A stretch of DNA of 64,000 nt from Candidatus Cryptobacteroides sp. (GTDB lineage: Bacteria; Bacteroidota; Bacteroidia; Bacteroidales; UBA932), in NCBI GenBank assembly GCA_051870255.1, contig JBJEBR010000064.1, positions 15,642 through 79,641 of the forward strand. The letters are read 5' to 3'. The notes below the pieces were generated by a model. The model saw nothing but the letters and a program-made list of their open reading frames with translations. It was not told where the DNA came from and did no database searches. This document shows positions 8,130-17,632 of this stretch, piece by piece. The translations under genes were made by a program, and so were the position numbers. Each line of letters opens with the position of its first letter. Within the stretch, counting starts at the first letter, position 1.

Positions 8130-10532
8130 TTATGCCCTGCCGCTGGCAGCAATCATCGAGGCAACGGTGGCATTGAATTCCTCCGCAGACTGAAGCTGCT
8201 CCAAGGTCAGATGCATACGGTAACGCCAATAGTGGCGGGAGTTGGCCGGAACGTTTATCCTTTCCTCGTTCGGGTTTTCCCTGCGCAGAGCTCCGTCCAT
8301 TGAGAGCCAGTCCTGAAGCGGAAGGATTGTCAGCATGGCCGGAGACCACAGGTGCTGCTCGAGAATCCTTCGGCATATCCAAGGCTCGCAGAATCGAGGC
8401 GTCTCGCCCTGCCCTCCGATCATGGTGTGATAGAAGCGGTCCGTGACGGCGGAATCCTCTTCCCACCATGCCCTGACAGGGTTCATGTCGTGGGTAGAAG
8501 TGGTGCAGACAGACAGATATGGATAATGTGCCGGATGCGCAAACTCCTCTTCAATGCTCTTAGGCATACGCTGGATTTCAAGGGAAAGTATCCGGAGGTC
8601 GGACATTACCTGAGGCACCGTGGCAGGAATCATTCCGAGGTCCTCACCGCAGGCCAGCATTCCGGTTGAGTCGAGAAGGGCCGGGAGTTTCTGCATCGCC
8701 TTGTCCTTCCAGAACTCATTGTTGCGGCGATAGAAGAAGTCATCATAGAGCCTGTCGAAGGCGCCGCGGCGTCCAGGATCGAGGGATGCGTAAGATGCCG
8801 TTGAACGGGCACCGATCTTCGGGTGGTACATTCCTTCCTTGCGAGGGTCCTCGAGGAAGAGACCGTCATCCGACGGGTCCATGCCAAGATAACGCAATTC
8901 ATGCTCCTGATATGGCAGAGCAGGACTGAAATGACCCTCCAGGCCGCTCTTGTATTGCAGAGGAATCTCCCATATACGGAAGAATCCGAGGATATGGTCG
9001 ATACGGAACGCGTCGAAATACTCCGACATCTTGCCAAGACGGGCCTTCCACCAGGCATAGCCGTCCTGGGCCATCCTCTCCCAATTGTAGGTCGGGAATC
9101 CCCAGTTCTGTCCGTCGGCAGAGAAGGCATCTGGCGGTGCGCCGGCCTGTGAGTCCATATGGAAGAGCTCAGGGTAGAGCCAGGCATCGACGCTGGTGCG
9201 GCTTATGCCGATAGGGAGGTCACCCTTGAACACAACGCCTTTGGAATGGGCGTAGGCGCAGACCTCCGAGAGCTGTCTGTCAAGATGATATTGTACGAAG
9301 CACCAGAAGTCGATGTCGTTCCTGTGCTCGTCACAGAACGCTGCGACCTTCTTCCTGCTGTATTTGGCGAATCCTTTCCATTTGGAGAAGTCCGGTGTGC
9401 CGTTGATGTCACGGAGCACGCAGAATGCAGCATATGGCATGAGCCAGTCATTGTTCTTGCGGACGAACTCCTGATAATCCTTTGTCTGTGAGAGTCTCGC
9501 GAAGGTCTTTCCATATGCTTTCCTCAGAAGTCCGAGCTTCGCGTCGTTCACTCTCTCGTAATCAATCTGGTCAAGGGCGTTCAGCTCGGCCTGAAGTTCC
9601 CGGTATGCCTTGTCCACCCGTACCCCTGCTGCAGGAAGGTTGATATACTGCGGATGCAGGGCGAATGTGGAATTCGGGTTGTATGGATATGAATCCTCCC
9701 AGGTGTGGAGCATGGTGGTGTCGTTGATAGGCAGGAGCTGGAGTATGCTCTGGCCCGTGGATGCCGCCCAGTCCACCATTTTCCTGAGGTCATAGAACTC
9801 GCCCACACCGAAGTCGTCCTCGCTGCGCAGGGAGAACACTGGGACTGCTGTACCTGCGCCTTTCCAGTTCCTGACCTTGAAGCGAGGGAAAAGGTCGGCG
9901 ATGACACGGAACTCTCCTTTCTCGGGCACCGCGCTGAACCATCTGTCAGCACCGGTCTCCCATTCAACAGGTTCGAGGGTGTCCTTGTTTACAATCAGGA
10001 ACTTGTATGAGAACTGCTCCTTGACTTCCATCAGGAGGTTCATCACAGGGAAAGCGGAGTCACAGAAAACCACCGGCTTGGTCCAGTTCTTCAGGGATCT
10101 GCCGTTTCCTGCAAGTGCAAGCGCCTCGTTCGGGCGGAGCTGCGGGAAGGCGACCTTGAGGAGGACATTCGGAGACTTTGGAGCCTTGGAGGCCTTGCCC
10201 GGTTTCCTTCCGAAAATGGCTCCTGTGAAGGCTGAGGACCAGAAAGGGGAATCCGCAGGGCGGTCGTTCCATTTGTCGTCCACGGCAAGCTGCGAGAACG
10301 AAGCCCCTTCAGGAAGGACGATTGAATGTCCTTTCCATTCGTTACGCACGGTGGCGCCATCCCTGAGCACTTCATAATGATAGTCGGCGAGGGCCGGGAG
10401 CGGGATGCGAGATAACTCGCATTTCCACAGTCCTTCCGTAACGTAGGTCATAGGGTGACGCTTGCCCGCAATGCAGAGGGCGAGGCTTTCTCCCCAGGAA
10501 GTCCTGTATTCAATACTGAAATTCAGTGTCAT
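8130..10532 (-). CDS. malQ: 4-alpha-glucanotransferase (GH77, DPE2-type with N-terminal CBM20-like domains)
   Basis: GAGTAVPVFSLRS, LLPINDT, KGDLPIG, GAPPDAFSADGQNWGFPTYNW, FRIDHILGFFRIW, CGEDLG, STHD, ERINVP..HYWRYR. Confidence 0.95.
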   Translation of the reverse strand: MTLNFSIEYRTSWGESLALCIAGKRHPMTYVTEGLWKCELSRIPLPALADYHYEVLRDGATVRNEWKGHSIVLPEGASFSQLAVDDKWNDRPADSPFWSSAFTGAIFGRKPGKASKAPKSPNVLLKVAFPQLRPNEALALAGNGRSLKNWTKPVVFCDSAFPVMNLLMEVKEQFSYKFLIVNKDTLEPVEWETGADRWFSAVPEKGEFRVIADLFPRFKVRNWKGAGTAVPVFSLRSEDDFGVGEFYDLRKMVDWAASTGQSILQLLPINDTTMLHTWEDSYPYNPNSTFALHPQYINLPAAGVRVDKAYRELQAELNALDQIDYERVNDAKLGLLRKAYGKTFARLSQTKDYQEFVRKNNDWLMPYAAFCVLRDINGTPDFSKWKGFAKYSRKKVAAFCDEHRNDIDFWCFVQYHLDRQLSEVCAYAHSKGVVFKGDLPIGISRTSVDAWLYPELFHMDSQAGAPPDAFSADGQNWGFPTYNWERMAQDGYAWWKARLGKMSEYFDAFRIDHILGFFRIWEIPLQYKSGLEGHFSPALPYQEHELRYLGMDPSDDGLFLEDPRKEGMYHPKIGARSTASYASLDPGRRGAFDRLYDDFFYRRNNEFWKDKAMQKLPALLDSTGMLACGEDLGMIPATVPQVMSDLRILSLEIQRMPKSIEEEFAHPAHYPYLSVCTTSTHDMNPVRAWWEEDSAVTDRFYHTMIGGQGETPRFCEPWICRRILEQHLWSPAMLTILPLQDWLSMDGALRRENPNEERINVPANSRHYWRYRMHLTLEQLQSAEEFNATVASMIAASGRA

Positions 10533-10543
10533 GGTATTATGTG

Positions 10544-11932
10544 TTAATTGTTGTTTCCGTAATCAGGTCTGTTCTGCATCTTCTTCCAGTTCAAGACAGG
10601 AAGGATGAAGGACACCAACGAGGCCGCAAGCCAGAACCAGGAGACGGGTCCGAAGTCATAGACATCCACACCGGATACCGTCGCCGTATTGTACTGTATC
10701 AGATAGCCGCTCGTTATATCCTGAAGTCCTGCAGCCAGGTAGCTCGATATGCCCACGACTCCGAGGGCGGCTCCCGTAGCCTTCCTTGGCACGATGTCAA
10801 CCGCCATCAGGCCTGCCACGATGCAATATAGCACCCCTACCGCAAGACTGAACAAAGATACATAAAAGATATTCAAAACATAGCTTCCCCCGACAAAAAG
10901 AAAAAGCACGAGGGACAGGAAACCGACAAGTCCCGAAAGAATCGCAGGATTCACCCTGTCGCCGGAGAAGACCGTGTCGGACAGCCAGCCTGCAAGTACG
11001 GTCCCGAGTACCCCGAACGCGGAGGAGAATGCGATTATCTGGGTCGCTTCGCCCAAAGAGAAATCCCTGGCTTTCTGGAGGAACAGCACGCCCCAGCCGG
11101 CTATGGCATATTTGGTGATGTAGATGAAGGCGCTCGAAAGGGCGATTATCCAGATTCCGGGATGCCTGAGGACCTGCCTCTGGAGTTCCCTGGTCGGCAT
11201 CTTGTCTTCCTTTGTAATGGTTTCGCCCGAAAGGGTCTGCACCGAAGGCAGTCCGCAGCTCTCAGGCGTGTCAGAGACGAATATCAGGATGATTGCCGAG
11301 CCTATCAGACCTGCCACTGCGGCTACGATGAATCCATAAACCCAGCCGAACGCGCCCACCACGGCACCGGTGATGATGAATGACATGAATTCTCCCAGAT
11401 ACGGGGTGGAGCTGAATATGCTGTAGAAAGTACCGCGCTTGGATTTCGGGAACCACCGGGAGAGGCTGATGACTCCGGGAGGGGAGCCCATCGACTGCAT
11501 CCATCCGTTCACGCCCCAGAGGATGGCGAAGGATATGAATATGAGCAGTCCGGGAAGTCCGGCAGGACCACGGAGGAATCCGAGGGCCCCCATAATGAGG
11601 TTGACCAAGGAGGAGATGAGCAGCCCCGTGGCCATGAAACGGCGGATGTTGCAATAGTCAGCGATGAAGCCGTTCAGGAATTTTCCGACCGCATAGACGA
11701 ACAGCAGGGCAGAGCCAATGACGCCGAGCTGGCCGGCTGTCAGGACACCCTCGTCGATGAGAGGCTGCTTGACGACGCTGAGGCTCATGCGGCAGACATA
11801 GTAAAGGCTGTATGCCACTGTTGCGCCCCAGAATGTCTTGTTTCTCAAAGACTTGTATGTGTCCTGTATTTTTTCCTCAGGCACTTTCGAAGCGGAGGGC
11901 TTGCTTATTCTGTAATATGAGTATAAACTCAT
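10544..11932 (-). CDS. MFS organophosphate:Pi antiporter family (UhpT/GlpT-like)
   Basis: YYVCRMSLSVVK, YAVGKFLNG..AD, WFPKSKRGT, GWLSD. Start moved to MSLYSYY (11932) because a TAACTTTG promoter at 11957-11964 overlaps the longer ORF start. Confidence 0.85.
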   Translation of the reverse strand: MSLYSYYRISKPSASKVPEEKIQDTYKSLRNKTFWGATVAYSLYYVCRMSLSVVKQPLIDEGVLTAGQLGVIGSALLFVYAVGKFLNGFIADYCNIRRFMATGLLISSLVNLIMGALGFLRGPAGLPGLLIFISFAILWGVNGWMQSMGSPPGVISLSRWFPKSKRGTFYSIFSSTPYLGEFMSFIITGAVVGAFGWVYGFIVAAVAGLIGSAIILIFVSDTPESCGLPSVQTLSGETITKEDKMPTRELQRQVLRHPGIWIIALSSAFIYITKYAIAGWGVLFLQKARDFSLGEATQIIAFSSAFGVLGTVLAGWLSDTVFSGDRVNPAILSGLVGFLSLVLFLFVGGSYVLNIFYVSLFSLAVGVLYCIVAGLMAVDIVPRKATGAALGVVGISSYLAAGLQDITSGYLIQYNTATVSGVDVYDFGPVSWFWLAASLVSFILPVLNWKKMQNRPDYGNNN

Positions 11933-12023
11933 AAAGTTCCTGTATTGGTTTGATTGCAAAGTTATAAAAAGATAGATTATATTTGTACTTTTGTTTGGAT
12001 AATGAGAAAGGAGTGAATGGGAA

Positions 12024-12053
12024 CAGATATCTCGACTTCGCTCGATATGACAG
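12024..12053 (-). repeat. REP-like element (TGTCAT..TCGAG family)
   Basis: Reverse complement ctgtcatatcgagcgaagtcgagatatctg; partial second copy ctcaatatgacag at ~12078. Confidence 0.75.
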
Positions 12054-12159
12054 TTCGGGAGAGGCAGGAAGAAGGGCTCAATATGACAGATTGAGGGGTT
12101 CGGGAGGATGGTTTTCTGTCGGTTATGGGAATTGACTGGATGTATAAAAATATATAAAA

Positions 12160-13254
12160 ATGAAAAGGATTTCAGCTATTTTAGCGCTGGTCAGCCTCAC
12201 GATGGCAGCCATGGCACAGACTCCAAAGGATGTCGAATACAAGTTCACGGAGGCATCCGGCCTCAACCTGATCGGCAAACTGTTCAATGACACCCCTAAT
12301 CCATACCATAGGGTGGACACCGTGAAATTCAAGGGTTTCACCAAGGGGGAGAACAATCAGGTCAGATGCCCTGCAGGTATTGCCGTGCTGTTCAAGACAA
12401 ATTCAAGCACGATTTCGGTAAAGACCGTATTCGGATATGAATATGAAAATGTCAATACGATGCCGATTTCATATCGTGGATATGACCTTTATATAAAGAA
12501 GGACGGGGAATGGCTATGGGCAGCCTCCGGAGCCACCAAGCCTGGTGCACACAGCCAGGACAACAAGGTCCTGATCAAGGATATGGACAGGAGCGAGAAG
12601 GAGTGTATGCTCTACCTTCCGATTTACAGCGAAGTCTATTCTGTCAAGATCGGAGTGGAGAACGGAGCTGACATCGAGGCAATGGAGTCACCTTTCCGCC
12701 ACAGGGTCGGCATATTCGGGTCCAGCTACACCCAGGGCATAAGCACCAGCCGCCCGGGAATGAGCTATCCAATGCAGCTGATGCGCCACACGGGAATCCA
12801 GATTCTCAGTCTGGGGTGCAGCGGAAACTGCAAGATGCAGCCATATTTCGCGGATGTCCTGTGCGCGGCGGATGTCGATGCGCTCATCTTCGACCCGTTC
12901 TCCAATCCTGGAGCGGATATGATAAGGGAGAGGCTGTTCCCGTTCATAGAGAGAATCCAGCAGGCGCATCCTGACATTCCTCTGATCTTCCAGCAGACGA
13001 TCTATCGCGAGAGCCGCAATTTCAGCATATCCAACAACAGGAACGAACAGGCCAAGCAGGATGCCGCTGCGGAATTGATGAAGGAGGCCTGCAAGAAATA
13101 CAAGAATGTCTATTTCATCCAGACCAACGCCACGGACGAGAATCATGAGACCTCGGTGGACGGCACTCACCCGAATGATTACGGCTATACTCTCTGGGCA
13201 CGTTCAATCGAGAAGCCAATCCTGAAAATCCTCCGCAAATACGGTATCAGATAA
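12160..13254 (+). CDS. Secreted SGNH/GDSL hydrolase (esterase) with N-terminal GxDLY-type domain
   Basis: Signal peptide, GYDLYI, FGSSYTQG (block I), LGCSGN, DGTHPNDYG (block V). Confidence 0.88.
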   Translation: MKRISAILALVSLTMAAMAQTPKDVEYKFTEASGLNLIGKLFNDTPNPYHRVDTVKFKGFTKGENNQVRCPAGIAVLFKTNSSTISVKTVFGYEYENVNTMPISYRGYDLYIKKDGEWLWAASGATKPGAHSQDNKVLIKDMDRSEKECMLYLPIYSEVYSVKIGVENGADIEAMESPFRHRVGIFGSSYTQGISTSRPGMSYPMQLMRHTGIQILSLGCSGNCKMQPYFADVLCAADVDALIFDPFSNPGADMIRERLFPFIERIQQAHPDIPLIFQQTIYRESRNFSISNNRNEQAKQDAAAELMKEACKKYKNVYFIQTNATDENHETSVDGTHPNDYGYTLWARSIEKPILKILRKYGIR

Positions 13255-13551
13255 TCATTTAACCACTTCTATCCTCATCCCAAGCGCATCAATCAATCTA
13301 TAGAATGTTGCTACGCTTGGGGTGATTGTTCCGTGCTCAATCTTTGATATATATGATTTGGTGGTATTAGTTCTGCGAGCAAGTTCAGCTTGAGTCATGC
13401 GGACCTCTTTCCTCGCATCGTGCAGAATATGACCTGAGTAAAACGAGTATGCCGCCTCTTCAGCCATAGTTCTTTCAGGAGTTCCCTCCTTGCCAAATCT
13501 TGCGTCAAGTACTTTGTCATAATCCACAATTTCGTGATTGTTTATCTGCAT
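13255..13551 (-). CDS. XRE-family HTH antitoxin (HigA-like)
   Basis: LHDARKEVRMTQAELARRTNTTKSYISKIEHG; overlaps the toxin stop. Confidence 0.85.
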   Translation of the reverse strand: MQINNHEIVDYDKVLDARFGKEGTPERTMAEEAAYSFYSGHILHDARKEVRMTQAELARRTNTTKSYISKIEHGTITPSVATFYRLIDALGMRIEVVK

Positions 13552-13864
13552 AATAGTCCTCCTTTATTCTTAATGCTTTCTGGATTTCATTTTTTGGTGT
13601 TTTCTGACTTTTCTTATTGAATCCGTTGAATAAGACCACAATATTTCCTTCATCAAAGATAAAGAACACCCGAAATATATTACCAGCATACTCAGTCCTC
13701 AATTCATATAACCCATTCCTTATATGCCTGATGAATTTTTGTGGGAGCCGTCCCTGGGTCTTCAGCAAAAGCAATCCATATTGTATCTTTTCCTGCTCCT
13801 TCTCTGTCAATCCCTGCATAAAAGCCTCAAAATAACCGCCATAAGTCAGAACCCTTCGTTTCAT
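13517..13864 (-). CDS. RelE/ParE-superfamily toxin (HigB / Gp49-like)
   Basis: GLYELRTEYAGNIFRVFFIFDEGNIVVLFNGFNKKSQKTPKNEIQKA; toxin-first order. Confidence 0.88.
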   Translation of the reverse strand: MKRRVLTYGGYFEAFMQGLTEKEQEKIQYGLLLLKTQGRLPQKFIRHIRNGLYELRTEYAGNIFRVFFIFDEGNIVVLFNGFNKKSQKTPKNEIQKALRIKEDYYADKQSRNCGL

Positions 13865-13868
13865 ATCG

Positions 13869-13901
13869 CAAATATATTAAAAGTTGTAAAATATTACAAC
13901 T
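13869..13901 (-). promoter_or_regulatory. TA promoter and operator
   Basis: TATATTTG at 13869-13876; inverted repeat agttgtaa-aata-ttacaact at 13882-13901. Confidence 0.7.
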
Positions 13902-14045
13902 AATGTTTATATCCACAAAGGTCGGGACGATTATCCGTGTAATGAAATTTTATTCGGTTAAATTCAAAAATCGGCATCCAGAATATCCCAGAGGCACATT
14001 CGGAAGATAAAATTTGTTTGAAAACGTATGCAAACCGAAACAAAT

Positions 14046-15476
14046 TCACATACGGTCCATCGTTCCAAGAATGGAACGGCGGTAGTGGCAGGTCAGGTGG
14101 ATGGTGCGGGCGAGAAGGTGGGCGAAATAGGCGGCCATCAGGATGTGCATAGCGATCATGTCGTGTGACGATGCGGATGCGTCCGGCCGGTCCATGATGC
14201 CGGGAAGCAGGGCTGCAAGATATCCCGAATCAAGGACGGACAGGCCTGCAAAATAAACGGCAAAGAAAGCCACCGTGGCCCAGAGCATAGAATCACGCAT
14301 CTTCCGTGAGGCTGTCGCACCTATGTATATGCCATCCCAGGTGAATGCAGCACATCCGGCAAGAGGCATGAGCAGGAGCCATGGAAGATAATCCACCGCC
14401 ATCCTCACAACCGATTCGTCAGAAGTCATTATTCCGAGCATCCATTCCCCGCCGAACAGGTAGATTGCCATGAACAGGGCTGCGAGCCCCATGCTCCATA
14501 CAAATGTCCATTGCACGGTACGGCGGAGCATCCTGGCATCACCGGCACCAATGTATCTGCCCGTGAGCGCCTCCGCCGCATATGCGAACCCGTCCGTGAA
14601 ATATGAGAATATCATCAGAAGCTTCATCATGATTGAGCCTGTGGCGAGAAGAAGGTCCCCATATCCCGCAGATATGGTCGTGAACCCTATATATATAGCT
14701 ATGAAGCACAGTGACCTGACGAACAGATCCACATTCATCACGAAGAACCTGCGGGTCTGCCCCCCGGCGAACACATGACGGATTTCCCCCGCGCCCAAGC
14801 CTGCGAAGACCTTCCTGCGGTATTTCACAAGCATTATCAGGGAAGCCGTCAGAAGACCGGTGTATTGCGCGAGGACAGTCCCTGCCGCTATTCCACTGAA
14901 TCCCAGTCCTTTCCATCCGAGCGCAGGGATGCCGAGCGCAAGGACTATGCTTGCCGCTATGTTCATTCCATTGACAACGATGTCGGTCACCATAGGGCTG
15001 ACACTGTCCTGCATCCCGATGAACCACCCCTTGAAAGCCATCAGGCTGAGTGTCGCCGGGGCGGCCCATATCCTTATGTAGAAATACCTTGAAGCCAGTT
15101 CCCTGACCTGAGGGGTGCAGTCAACGACGAGGAAGGCGCCCTGAACGAAAAGCCATTGGACCGCTATCAGGGCAAGGGCACAGGCAAGGGCTATTCCGGC
15201 TGCACGGATGAAGATTCTCGCCGACTCCTTCATGTCACCCTTTCCGAATGCCTGGGCCGTCAGTCCTCCCGTCCCTACGCGCAGGAATCCGAAATTCCAA
15301 TACAGCAGGTCGAACAACATCGAGCCCACAGCTATGCCTCCTATAAGAGTGGCAGCCTCCGCACCGAGATTGCCGGCCACGGCTATGTCCGCCATACCCA
15401 CCAAAGGCACGGTGATGTTTGCGAGAATGCTCGGGAGGGCAAGTTTCAGTATGTCAGCATTGAGTGAGCGCATCAT
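14046..15476 (-). CDS. MATE family efflux transporter (DinF-like)
   Basis: LALPSILANITVPLVGMADIAVAG, FLRVGTGGLTAQAFG, DGFAYAAEALTGRYIG; multiple TM segments. Confidence 0.93.
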   Translation of the reverse strand: MMRSLNADILKLALPSILANITVPLVGMADIAVAGNLGAEAATLIGGIAVGSMLFDLLYWNFGFLRVGTGGLTAQAFGKGDMKESARIFIRAAGIALACALALIAVQWLFVQGAFLVVDCTPQVRELASRYFYIRIWAAPATLSLMAFKGWFIGMQDSVSPMVTDIVVNGMNIAASIVLALGIPALGWKGLGFSGIAAGTVLAQYTGLLTASLIMLVKYRRKVFAGLGAGEIRHVFAGGQTRRFFVMNVDLFVRSLCFIAIYIGFTTISAGYGDLLLATGSIMMKLLMIFSYFTDGFAYAAEALTGRYIGAGDARMLRRTVQWTFVWSMGLAALFMAIYLFGGEWMLGIMTSDESVVRMAVDYLPWLLLMPLAGCAAFTWDGIYIGATASRKMRDSMLWATVAFFAVYFAGLSVLDSGYLAALLPGIMDRPDASASSHDMIAMHILMAAYFAHLLARTIHLTCHYRRSILGTMDRM

Positions 15477-16483
15477 CTGTATTTGCCTTCGTCGTCGAGC
15501 ATCCCGAGATAGGAAGAATATCGTTCATAGCTTATGATCCCCTGCTCCACAGCCTCTTTCACTGCGCATCCCGGCTCGTGGGTATGGGTGCATGGAGTGA
15601 AACGACATTGCTTGGAAGCCTCCAGCATCTCAGGGAAATACAGGGCGATCTCCTCCTTTGCAAGGTCCACGAGGCCGAATCCGCGCAGGCCGGGAGTGTC
15701 GATTATGAAGCCTCCGGTACCGAGACGATACATCTCATAGAAAGTGGTCGTATGCTTGCCCTGGAGATGCACGTCGGAAATCGCCCCCACCTTGGGGTCG
15801 AGCGCAGGGTCGAGGGCCTTTATCAGAGACGATTTCCCCACTCCCGACACACCTGAGAACAGCGACAGCCTGCCTTTGCAGGCCTCCCTCAGTTCCTCTA
15901 TACCCTCTCCTGTGAGGGCAGAGACCTCCATTACCGGGTAACCGGCGCCCTCATATATGTCATGGAATGCTTCGAGCATTTCAGCGTGGGAGTCGCGGTA
16001 GAGGTCAACTTTGTTCAGGACTATGGTTACGGGGATGTTGTAAACTTCGCAGGTCACGAGGATGCGGTCGAGGAAAGGGAGTTTAACCTCCGGGAAGTCG
16101 ATGGTGGCGATGATGAAGGCCATGTCGAGGTTTGCGGCTATGACATGGGCCTGACGGGAGAGGTTCGTGGATTTGCGGATGATGTAGTTCTTCCTTGGGA
16201 GTACGGATGTGATGACAGCGGGATTCTGGGGGGATATGGCTGCCAGGGTCTCCTGAGACAGGTCACCGTTGGCAGGTTCATTTGCTGCCACGAGGGTGTC
16301 CTGGGGCAGTTCCGCCTCGAATGCCACCCTGTCACCGACCGCCACGGGGTTGGTGGATGAACTGCCTTTCAGACGGATTTTCCCCCTGAGGACTGCCGGG
16401 AACAAATCCCATTGCGGAAGACACGAAAGCAGGTAGTGGCTTCCCGTATGTTTGACAACCGTCGCTTCGCCTTTTACTGTCAT
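15473..16483 (-). CDS. rsgA: Ribosome small subunit-dependent GTPase A
   Basis: NKVD, GVSGVGKSSLI, GKHTTT, IDTPG, zinc finger CRFTPCTHTHEPGC. Confidence 0.97.
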   Translation of the reverse strand: MTVKGEATVVKHTGSHYLLSCLPQWDLFPAVLRGKIRLKGSSSTNPVAVGDRVAFEAELPQDTLVAANEPANGDLSQETLAAISPQNPAVITSVLPRKNYIIRKSTNLSRQAHVIAANLDMAFIIATIDFPEVKLPFLDRILVTCEVYNIPVTIVLNKVDLYRDSHAEMLEAFHDIYEGAGYPVMEVSALTGEGIEELREACKGRLSLFSGVSGVGKSSLIKALDPALDPKVGAISDVHLQGKHTTTFYEMYRLGTGGFIIDTPGLRGFGLVDLAKEEIALYFPEMLEASKQCRFTPCTHTHEPGCAVKEAVEQGIISYERYSSYLGMLDDEGKYR

Positions 16484-16564
16484 TATCTTATAGCCTGTAA
16501 TTTACCAATCGAACTAAAGCACGAAGTGCATGGTCGAGACATCTATTTGCCCCGGACGTGGATG

Positions 16565-16600
16565 CAAAGATAATTATTTTAAGAATTTATAGTAAATTTG
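16565..16600. promoter_or_regulatory. Back-to-back divergent promoters (rsgA / prenyl synthase)
   Basis: Minus TATCTTTG at 16565-16572 and plus TAAATTTG at 16593-16600. Confidence 0.7.
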
Positions 16601-16609
16601 CGAACCTAT

Positions 16610-17623
16610 ATGAATAACATGATCACAGAAAGACAGATTGAAGAGTCCTTGGTGAGGATTTTCAAGGAATTGAGTTTCAAGCAGGGCCCGGAAGGGCTTT
16701 ATGACCCGTTGAGATATATGATGAACATAGGAGGCAAGAGGGTTCGTCCACGGCTTTGCCTGCTTGCATACTCGTTGTTCAAGGACAGCATCGGCGAGGA
16801 AATCCTGGCTCCGGCGGCAGCCCTTGAGGTGTTCCACAGCTTCACCCTCATCCACGACGACATAATGGACAAGGCCGATGTCAGACGCGGAATGCCGACC
16901 GTTTACAGGAAATGGAACGAGAACACAGCCATCCTTTCCGGAGACGTGATGTCCATTGAAAGCTACAGGCTCATAGCCAGGACTCCTGCCCAGGCGCTTC
17001 CTAAGGTGCTGGAGCTGTTCTCACGGACGGCGGCCCAGGTCTGCGAGGGACAGCAGTATGACATGGATTTCGAAGATCTGGAGCAGGTGCCGATGGAGGA
17101 CTACATGAAGATGATCGGACTGAAGACCGCCGTGCTGATTGCCTGCGCGGCAAAGATGGGAGCGTTGGTTGCACAGGCACCTGAGCGCGACTGCGACCTT
17201 CTGTACAGCTACGGATATGACCTCGGGCTTGCGTTCCAGATTGCCGATGACTGGCTCGACACCTACGGAGACCCGAAGGTTTTCGGCAAGGCAATCGGAG
17301 GCGACATCCTCAACAACAAGAAAAGCTGGCTGCTCACCCGTGCCTTCGAAAAGAGCGAGGCCGGGGACGCTCCTCAGGGATGCAGGCGTGCTGACCTGGT
17401 AGCCGCGATGGCGATGCCTGTCGGGACAGATGCAGAAAAGGCAGCCAAGATAGCGGAGGTCAAGAGAATCTACGGTGCCCTGAACGTGGGCGTGGATGCC
17501 AAGGCGGAAATCGTAAGGCTCCATACGCAGGCCCTCGGATATGCCGACAGGCTCGGACTTGCGCCTGAGCGCCACACGATGCTGCGCGACTATGCAAACA
17601 GCCTTGTCGGACGTTCCAAATAA
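16610..17623 (+). CDS. Polyprenyl diphosphate synthase (IspA/IspB family)
   Basis: GGKRVRP, LIHDDIMDKADVRRG (FARM), GQQYD, KTA, FQIADD (SARM). Start placed at ATG 16610, after the promoter. Confidence 0.93.
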   Translation: MNNMITERQIEESLVRIFKELSFKQGPEGLYDPLRYMMNIGGKRVRPRLCLLAYSLFKDSIGEEILAPAAALEVFHSFTLIHDDIMDKADVRRGMPTVYRKWNENTAILSGDVMSIESYRLIARTPAQALPKVLELFSRTAAQVCEGQQYDMDFEDLEQVPMEDYMKMIGLKTAVLIACAAKMGALVAQAPERDCDLLYSYGYDLGLAFQIADDWLDTYGDPKVFGKAIGGDILNNKKSWLLTRAFEKSEAGDAPQGCRRADLVAAMAMPVGTDAEKAAKIAEVKRIYGALNVGVDAKAEIVRLHTQALGYADRLGLAPERHTMLRDYANSLVGRSK

Positions 17624-17632
17624 ATCAAGACA

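Noticed and set aside
13255-14045. Prophage, ICE or IS around the TA module or the PUL
   Set aside because: No integrase, transposase, relaxase, att-like direct repeats or tRNA target found.
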